A DNA stretch of 64,000 bases from Octopus sinensis. Lineage: Eukaryota. The translations under genes were made by a program, and so were the position numbers. The notes under the pieces were generated by a model. That model saw only the letters and a program-made list of their open reading frames with translations, was not told the origin of the DNA and ran no database searches. Each line of letters begins with the position of its first letter. Positions within the stretch are counted from its first letter, which is position 1. Of the stretch, positions 54,371 to 64,000 are shown piece by piece. The stretch spans positions 95,170,001 to 95,234,000 of the forward strand of contig NC_043005.1 in the NCBI RefSeq assembly GCF_006345805.1, read 5' to 3'.

Positions 54371-55359
54371 TCTTTCGAGATCTTTCTCTCTATCAGAGAC
54401 ATTCTATCAGAGACATTCTATTCATCCTCAAGAACATTTGAGCATAATTTAAAGAATTTTCTCATTCAAATTTATAGTCATAGAGTAGTCATTGAGTATT
54501 TTAGTCATCATCATCATTGGCTTCCTTTGCTGGCAACGTACAAACATACTACGTTTTAGTAAAATCCGAATAAACTAGTAATATTCTTGTTTGCTACGAC
54601 AAAAAGTAATGCAAATAGTTCGAACAATGGAATATATGTTTTTTATACAGTGAGGAAAAACAGAAATCTAACGCTTCAAACGTAAGTCATTCTTCACAGA
54701 AAGAGTAAGACAGACGTTTTTTTTCACTAGATCGCCGCTATATTTTAAATAGAACGTTGCAGAAGTCATGTCTTACTTAATGGTGTTAGTGATGTAAGTA
54801 ACTGGAAACGTATTTTAACGAGGACTAAAACTATGATGTGATCACAGTTTATAAACACAGAAATATCTAATATTAATCTCCCACATTAGCAAAAGTTCAC
54901 ATATTACCAAACTGTGTGGTATGAAATAAATTCGGTCGATTCTACTCTAGAATATAGCAGTTACTGGTTTTATTGACACCAGTAAATGAATAAGCAAAAG
55001 CCTTCGAAGTTACAAGCAGTTGAACGCAAATATTTCATATTATACACTCAGATTTATATAACACAATCTTCAGTTGTGTAACCAACTCCTAGAATGGCGC
55101 AAACTCTTCGCCAATCCTAGAGAACAATATCCAGCTTGTTCTAGCTTGTTATACAAGCATACGTTTGACAAATGTTTTAAAGTTGATTTGTGTGGATAAA
55201 TACGTTTATACACGCACTTATATTTCCTTCACCAGTATGTAAGTTTTCTTTTTTTATGTAAATGTTCTCAGCAATATCTCAGAGTATTCGAAAGAATTCT
55301 TCAAATTCTACAAGCTGGCCATTTACTAAATAATCAGGTTCTTTCATGCATTCTTTTGT

Positions 55360-55723
55360 TCTTTTTATTTGTTTTAGTCATTTGACTGTGGCCATGCTGA
55401 TTGATCCTAGGACTTATTCTTCGAACATATAGTATTTATTCTATTGGTCTCTTTTGTCGAACTGCTAAGTTACGGGGACGTAAACACACCAACATCGGTT
55501 GTCAAGTGATGGTGAGGGGACAAACACAGACACACAAATACATACATACATACATATATAAACGACGGGCTTCTTTCAGTTTCCGTCTACCAAATCCACT
55601 CACAAGGCTTTGGTCGGCCCGAGACTATAGTAGAAGATACTCGCCCAATGTGCCACGCAGCGGGTCTGAACCCGGAATCATGTGGTTGGTAAGCAAGCTT
55701 CCTACCACACAGCCACTCTTGCG

Positions 55724-55725
<2 letters not shown>
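55360..55725 (-). mobile_element. Uninterrupted family A SINE
   Basis: Head, short internal (TA/TG)n and tail are contiguous on the minus strand. Confidence 0.8.
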
Positions 55726-55759
<34 letters not shown>

Positions 55760-56562
55760 TCCGATTATGTCCAAAGGGTGACATTCGAAGAGATTTGTAA
55801 TTTATCGATGATAGATGGATATTGAAATATGCCAAGCTATTTACTCCGGGTCATGTTTGAGAAAGTCATATTTTCAACGATGGTGTGAAATGATTTGTGT
55901 CACATAATCTCAATTAGATTAGAAAACATTAATTTTACAATGATATATATATATTCCCCTATCTGCATTCTTCTACCTGTCTAGAACTTTCATACATACT
56001 CACCTTGAGTTTGATGACGGAATACCCAGTGTACAGACATGCTAGCCTATCACTTGGGATATCTCAGAAACAGCTGTAAGGACTTCCAATTCACCTTATC
56101 CTCATTAAATAATTATAAATGATTTGAGATACTGGTCCTGTCTTGGTTTTTGTTGTCCTTTTCCTCTAATACATCTATATATCAGAATATGTCATAATTG
56201 TAACGTAAGCATAAAATCAGCGATTTTGAGGATAAAGGTTTAGTCTATATCATCGAACCCAGTACTTAGCTGGCACTTTGTTTTTATTGACCCAAGAGGG
56301 ACAGAAGATGAAGTTAACAACGACAGAGATTGAACTCAGGACGTAAAATGCCGGAACAAATGTTGTAAGAAGTTTTTTTCTGACGCCATAGCGATGTTGC
56401 CTTCAAAGCATAACGTATTAACGTATAATACTATACATATAATGACACATGATACTACTACACAGACACAACACACACACACATATATATATATATATAC
56501 ACATATACACGTATACATACACATACACACACACATACATACATATATATATATATATATAT

Positions 56563-56605
<43 letters not shown>

Positions 56606-56779
56606 TTATCGCCATACTAATATGGCATTCTTATAAAAATAAGAAAAAAGCTGACCGGAGAGACTTAGTAATTTTAATATTTCTATTATTGAAAACAAGT
56701 GGATGTATTCCACCGAAGCTAGGTAAATAAAACCTTTGAACAGAGATTGTCGGAAGCGACACCTACTGGTTTGGCTACA

Positions 56780-56819
56780 CTGCATTGAAAAGGGGCAATA
56801 CCCCGAAACGCGTCTGTAG
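56780..56819 (+). ncRNA. Hammerhead ribozyme with a U3-A8 compensatory core
   Basis: ctgca-TTGAAAA-gggg(caata)cccc-GAAA-cgcg-TC-tgtag, inside a (TA)n-flanked element with inverted repeats at ~56602-56656 and ~56931-56988. Confidence 0.7.
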
Positions 56820-57046
56820 CTGCCGGCCAAGTAGTGTGGAGCGACTGACCTCCCTTGTTCAAAGGTTATATGGATACAGTTTGTGTATCAAATAGCTAAC
56901 TTAAGGCGATGGCCTCATGGAGCTAATAAGCGGTCAGCTTTTTTCTTATTTTTATAAGAATGCCATATTAGTATGGCGATAACTAATATTTTCCGGGAAC
57001 GCTGCCGTTGTTCTCTTTTAGAGAGACTTAGTAATTTTAATATTTC

Positions 57047-57098
<52 letters not shown>

Positions 57099-57750
57099 CA
57101 TATACACGTATACATACACATACACATACACACACACATATACACGTATACATACACATACACACACATAAATTTAGCTAGGTGTTTGGCTATCTACATT
57201 TTGCCTTGTTCTACCGGTCCATTATACCGCTAATACTATTTGTATTTGTATCATAAAAAAAGCTGCTGCTATTAACTTTACGTATACTATTGAATGTACA
57301 TCTAAAAATAACGGACTGTCATACACTAGAGGCCTAGTGTTTGGACTAAGACCACTCAGAGGTCTTATCACCGACCGAAATAAAGTTTCTACTTGACCAA
57401 GCCAGTGGCTGGCACTCACGTCTGCATTTATAACGAGTTTTTCTTCTTCATTGAAAGAAAAATAAAATAAAAGATAAAATAAAAGATGCAGGGTTCCGTA
57501 TTTAGTTGGATGTTTTTGCCAAACTTTGTTGAAGTGATTTTGTTGCATAAAACTATTGTAGCCTGATGGATGAGGTTTGCGCAAGTGCTTGCTGCAGCAT
57601 GGGTGTGGACTGTTATGGTACTTCCTGTCAAAATAAATCACTATTATTTCTATAAAACAAAAAAGAAGCAAAATAAACGGTATGCTAAGTTATGAGACGA
57701 TATTTGTGTGTATGTGCGCGCGCATGTGTATCTGCGTGTGTATAAATATG

Positions 57751-57798
<48 letters not shown>

Positions 57799-57802
57799 TA
57801 CG

Positions 57803-57833
<31 letters not shown>

Positions 57834-60536
57834 GCTGCGGGACTGCTTTCAAAACGAGTGGCCGGTGTAACATAAACGTAAAACTAAAAAAAAAAAAGAA
57901 AAACATTAGCCAGACGTAAAACAAAATGTATAAAATATCAGCAAAAAATGTTTCGCCAGTATCACATTGAATTTTTATCCCCTTAAAAGCTATTCGCTGA
58001 TTAATGTTGTTGACTCATAGCTAATATTTTATTCAAAAATGATGGCGCTCTACCAGCATTGATCAATTGTCCGACGTCGGCAGTGTATGAAACAAAATCT
58101 GGCTTTGTTCATAAGTGACGGATATTTGAAGAGGCCAGAGAACACAAATTAAACAAGACAATCAGTCGGTTGATACGGCCTAATCAAATAGAAAACAACT
58201 AAACTTCAGCTAGATTTCATTTTTCTCTACCATGGAAAAGTTTTTAACATGGGGAATAAGATTTTTCTTGATTTTATCTTTTTATTAGTTTTGTAAACGG
58301 TTTGTGAGGTGCAATATTTACTTTCGTCACTCTAGAATCTAAGTTCAAATTCCACTGTGACGATTTCGTTTTTATTTCAGTTTTCCGGATGCGATATTTT
58401 TCATCATACAAACGTAGTTTATAGTGTAAACATGCAATGTAAGCATTCCAACATCGTCACTATTTTCCCAAATCTTGCTGCATCTCACATAGAATTTTTG
58501 GTCATCCAAAATCGTTCTGGTGTTTAAGTTAAAGTGCCATTTCGGTTGTAAATTTCGGTCTGTAAAATTCGACTTGTCTGCCGGAAAATGCGATGTTTTC
58601 ACGATTCGAAATCTAAAATTACAAATAGTTTTGTACATATGTAAGGAATTGTAATTAATTGCGTAAGGACACGAATTGAGGAGGTGAGATCTTTGTATCG
58701 GGATATATTTTTTAATTCTAAAGAAATTAGAAGGCGAAGAGTTAGCGGACGATTTGCTGAGAGTAAATATCAACAAACTTCACTAAATGCAGCCCAGCCT
58801 CAGACAGTGACGTCACCATCAGTAGCGTAGCTCTCCACATGTTTTAAGCACTCACACAACCCCGCACCCCGACACGTAGATATATATCACACATATACAT
58901 ACGTACATATGTATGTGTGCGCGCGCGGATATCCTTGTGCAATTGTAAGAAGTAGGGTGATTGCATGCTTCTTAAAACAGTCAAGTCCTCTGCGCACACA
59001 CGCACATAAATACACACTGTCATCATGATCTTTTTCGTCTCTTACAGGTAATCTGAGCATCTGTACCTGGAAAGTTCCTTTCCAAGGTGCAGGCGAGGTT
59101 AAGGTTTCTGGATACCCATGCATGCAACTCTACTTTTCCCAGTTCGCCGATTTGCTTCCAGCGGAAAAGCAAAACTGATGCAACTTGACATCAATGTGGT
59201 CGTCGCCGTTGCTGTTAGAATGCAAATAACCAGAATAGACTCCTCCCTTCTAAAACTCTAGACTGAATCACGAGCAAAATTGACTTCAGCGGGAATTGAA
59301 CTACGAGCAGAGGACAGCAAGACAAACACTGCAAAGAACTTTGATCGACGCTCTCACGATTATTGTCAAATCGTCGCTTTATACTGTCAAACACAATATT
59401 CACATATATACATGCACAAACGCATAAGCACACGCACGCACACACATATAAATATATATACTGTAAAGACTTTGATGAAAATGACTGGTAAGATAACTGT
59501 TTCAAGAAATTGATTGATTGGTTGATCGAACAATTGATGTATAACATCAATTGATGTATAACAGTTACAGCACACCTCATCATCCGAAACGTACGTAAGC
59601 GAATACAGTATCATATGAATAATAATTCGTCATTCTTTATTTCATGACTAATTTAGTCTGTGATCAATATACCAAATTACTTATTGATGATAAAATTCAT
59701 GTTTACAGTTTGCACTTGTCGTATGGAATTAACGACTAACACAGATTATTATAATCTTGACTGGGGATCCTGTTAGCCGAGGATATTTTTACACAGAACG
59801 CTTATTGAGGTATTCAGCTGGTGTCCATCAGTATATGTAAGTATATGCATCTCTATATGTCCCCATGTGTTAACATGCAATTTAAAGGTTAATAAAATGA
59901 AAAGAAATTGACCGGAAGTGACTACAGCGAGTCGACATGCACAACACCACCGCTTCCCGTCTGTTCTTTCTGAAAAAACTTATCAGCATTGCTTATATGT
60001 CGCTGTGGTAACTTTCATGCGTTGATATAACAAGCCACCCAATTGCTTTGTTAGTAGTGTTCGTTTGAGTGGTGTATATCAGTTGCTATTTCTGAAATAT
60101 TTATATCACCATAAAGTACAATACAAGTAGGTGTATGTGGAAAGATATAATGAGGGAGTCCTGTAAATAAAATTAAGAGATTTTACCACTTCTCTTTTTG
60201 TTCGCTTTATGAAATTATAGATGCCGCTGTCGTCTCTTATATTTATCTTATTTCCTTTTTTAAGCCCATAAACTGCATATCAATATATAAAAATATATAC
60301 AGTGTGTTCGCTATGCGAGTGTGATTATTACACGTTTCTATTGGCAATATGCTGAGTCTGGTAATATATTTCTGTATGAAATAGAGACGGATATTGATTT
60401 TGCACTCAGATTTCATACCGTTCACATTGAACGTACAGAATCATGCAATCACTTTACTCAACACATTCATACACACATACACACACATGCCTATATGTAT
60501 ATATATTTATTTATATATGTGTATGTATATATATAT

Positions 60537-60591
<55 letters not shown>

Positions 60592-60841
60592 TATATGTAG
60601 ATATGCATTAATGTATGTATGTATGTATGTATATATATACATATATTTTTTAATAATATATTGTTATTATTAATACAAGGAAATTAATATCAAAACTCAT
60701 CATAAAGATATACCCGTGTGAAAATACTTATTGTATTACAAATATATATAAATAAATAAATATAAAAATATAAATATACTGTATAAAATAAATTTGATAG
60801 TTTAAAAGTTTTGAATTAATTATTTAAGCATCTTACGTATA

Positions 60842-60887
<46 letters not shown>

Positions 60888-61091
60888 TGAATAAATAACT
60901 TTTTTTCAATCAACGTATCCCTCCCTTTTTATTTGTTCTCTACTTATTATCCCTTTAACCCTTCTCCTCCTCCTATCCTCCTTTGACGTCAAATCTACTA
61001 ACGGTTCTTTTTACATACTTAACAACGTGTTTATCATGTAGGCAGTCATCGTAATTGTTATAATGTCTTGTTGTTGAGAGAGGCTCTCTTT

Positions 61092-61173
61092 CTTTCCTGA
61101 TGAGAAGATTGCATTTTACACCGTTTATTCCTTTGGAATAAAACCATGTTGTCTTCGAAACATATGTCGAAAG
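61092..61173 (+). ncRNA. Type I hammerhead ribozyme, canonical core
   Basis: ctttc-CTGATGA-gaaga...tcttc-GAAA-catatg-TC-gaaag. The downstream sequence is homologous to that of the 23832 HHR. Confidence 0.88.
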
Positions 61174-61391
61174 TAAAAGAATTTTATTAACATCTTCGTT
61201 CAACTCCATTTATTTATTTTATTCATCTATAACACACAAATTACTCCACATTAACCCGGAGTTTCTACCTTTGGACAGGTCGCTTCAACCATGTTTCTGA
61301 CGTGAATTTGCTACTCTGGTAACGGTTCATTGAATTGTCCATGTTAGCGGTAAACATAGGATAATTCATTCACCCATTGAAATATTCTTAT

Positions 61392-61444
<53 letters not shown>

Positions 61445-61599
61445 TTATACATATGTATAAATATACATATATGCGTGTGTGTGTGAGAGAGAGAGAGTGA
61501 GTGCATGTGTGTGTATGAATATATTTATACACATATATGTATATACATATATACATACATGTAAGATCACTTCATCTTGACAGATGATAGCCGTCTCAA

Positions 61600-62180
61600 T
61601 TTATCCACATCATCTCAGTAACTCCCACTACTCCCCACGATATCTGTGTACTCTGCGATGACTTTTAAGACCAACGGTTGACCTCCATGGCCTCGAACAG
61701 ATAAGATTCAAAACTTCATCTGTTTAAATCGGCACACATCGCCACTCCTCTATCACCAGGGGAATTTAATAGAGAGAAAGACAAACCAGATGGAATGAAA
61801 CATTTGTATATTTCTGTAAGATTACAATCACACACGTTTTTTTTCAACACCTTTCCGAGTAACTGGAATCCACCGACAAACATTACTAGATGAGTGGCAG
61901 CTTCATCAATTGTAGGGTTGATTTCAGTGTGCCTTCTCTTAGACATTTCCCTCCAACAGATACTCATAAGTGAACAGGGATTCGAAAAAAACGTGTTTGC
62001 AAAGTTGTGTGGCCGTTCACTCTCATGGGTCCATTTATCCTTTAAAGGGTCTTGTTTTTGTCTTTTTTCATCCCACAGACTGTACAAAAATCCCCGTCCT
62101 TACTAAGTAGGCTTTGTGGAGTTGCCAGTATTATCGCCAACGACCCGAGCATGAAACAGGTTGGCCTGTGTAAAGTTACC
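61600..62180 (-). mobile_element. Possible highly degraded RTE-like LINE 3' end
   Basis: The minus strand ends in ICSRPWRSTVGLKSHRRVHR, similar to the RTE C-terminal zinc finger; the upstream match is weak. Confidence 0.4.
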
Positions 62181-64000
62181 AATAGCACTCAAGAGTGACA
62201 CATACATACATACGTACATGCACACATATACATTATATACGTACATTTATTATTATTATTATTACTGTTTATTTTCTTTTTGTATTATGGTGGCGACGGA
62301 GAGAAAGATTTCCAAAATTTTCCAAGTCGTAGGATGAAAATGATAGACTTTGAATTTCTTTTCATTGTTCGTGAAATGCTTCGTATTATGTTGCAAATAA
62401 AAATATATAGTATTAATCAATATATTTACCCTACAGATAAAAAGAAAAAAAAGCGTGACAATGAATTTACACACGATGTATTTCTTATGACGATGAACGG
62501 ACAATGTATTGACTCACGATGCAATTATCTAGCGTTGAAATTACCTTACCACGAAATCACATACGCTGAGATTACAGGCGATGTAATTTATTGCAATGTA
62601 ATTTATTGCTATGAATTTACGGCGAACTTTGTAAATTCACGCAATTTCTTCTACTGTGTTTGATATCAGGGCGACTGAGCGTTTGTGCAGTTACCTTGCC
62701 TCATAGAAATTCTCGCCAAGCCACATCCTACTGTCTAAAGAAAGTTAAAAAATAACATGGGGTATGTCACCCTAAAAAATAAAATTATTGAAAATAAAAG
62801 ACAGATTGGTAACGGTTCGATCATATATCTACTCGACCAAAATTCTTAGTAAGTTTCTTCTACCGAGGGTTAGACTAACAAATATTTCTGCGTGAAATTT
62901 GGCGGCCGGAACAGCATGAAAGACAGACGGAAAGATCATTTGTGCTCTTCGGTAGCAACCCTAACCGTCACTCAGTTTAACATCACCAACAGGTCGCTTG
63001 AATGCATTTAATGGAGTCTACTCTTGTAAGCATTCAGGTCACGTAACCACTCTGAGGGTAACTTTTTCCCTTCCTCCATCAAGCTGCGTAAGCCCTCAAA
63101 ATGGTAGGATTTCACCCTTCCTCTTCTGATTTACCAAACGCAGTCCAGTTATCTCTTCAACCCCTCCCCCACAAAGAAAAATATATATATAGGTATGGAG
63201 ATAAACAGTGATAACTAAATTAGAGTTTAAAACGATATGGACATCGCCCACAAATCTGTAGACAACATGTGTCATAACTGGAGGTTGAGCACTGAAGGAT
63301 GGAGTATGTGTTTAAAATGGTGAGCATATTAATGCACAAATGTCTACACTGCTTTTTGGCAGAATTCTAGTAGCTCAAGATTCTAGTGGTGTCAAACTTT
63401 TAGCGTACAGGATTTGAGTTTAAGTTCTACTTCGGAAATTTTTGCAGTAGATTATATTTTGCGTCTAAGTGTATATAATAGTTGAGGAAAATATAAAATT
63501 TTCAGATATGTATTATCTGTCATACGGAGATATCCCTGCTTATCACCATGAAACTCGAATTAAATGAATAGTTCTTCAAATCTTCTGGGAGATTCGAAGA
63601 CATTTGTATTTACCACTCCATCATTAGTGGAGAGAGATCTATTAGCATCTATGAGCAGGAAATATTGTCGTGGACGTTTTGGTAAGCTTTAGAAGACGCA
63701 ATCTTGTAACATATCGCGCGCATATGCGCGCACGCGCAATTTGTATGTGTGGAGTGAGTGAGTAACAGAGTGAATGAGTGAGTGTGCATGCGTGTGTGTG
63801 TGTGTACACTTATACCCTGTTCTGTTGTCAGTCTGGATTAAAAGATTATCCTCTAACCACGACGTCGTTATGAAAGCTACCACGAACAGATTATTGATAA
63901 AGTGAATCATCAAATAGATTTCCCTGACACAAATAGATTCCCGGTGCATGAACACACATTCCGTAACGAACTATGACCGTTTGTATGTCATGGCTTTATC

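Noticed and set aside
61280-61340. Minus-strand TCAATGA...GAAACATGG HHR-like motif
   Set aside because: The core is too degenerate to support a call.
61716-62087. 123-aa minus-strand ORF as a host gene
   Set aside because: No recognisable domain or splice context; it lies within a probable decayed LINE.

Overview
AT-rich, repeat-dense eukaryotic DNA, inferred to be a cephalopod (Octopus-like) genome from its SINE families and microsatellite load. There is one 100-N assembly gap (37359-37458). Only one convincing host exon is visible: the first coding exon of a TPPP/p25-alpha-like gene on the minus strand (344-585). The rest is microsatellites, tRNA-derived SINEs, LINE remnants (CRE-, CR1-, R4/Dong- and RTE-like), Tc1/mariner and Helitron derivatives, a fold-back MITE and several Penelope-like elements (PLEs) with GIY-YIG endonuclease. 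The main signal that the ORF track misses is a large, diverse set of Type I hammerhead ribozyme (HHR) motifs, about 16 copies from roughly 8 sequence families. Nearly all have a palindromic or near-palindromic stem III, and many carry long stem II insertions. The centrepiece is a non-coding ~469-bp tandem and inverted array at 48402-50895 with one HHR per unit, predicted to yield ~469-nt self-cleaved, retrozyme-like RNAs from both strands. It is nested in the internal (TA)n of a SINE. All ribozyme calls are by eye; activity is untested.
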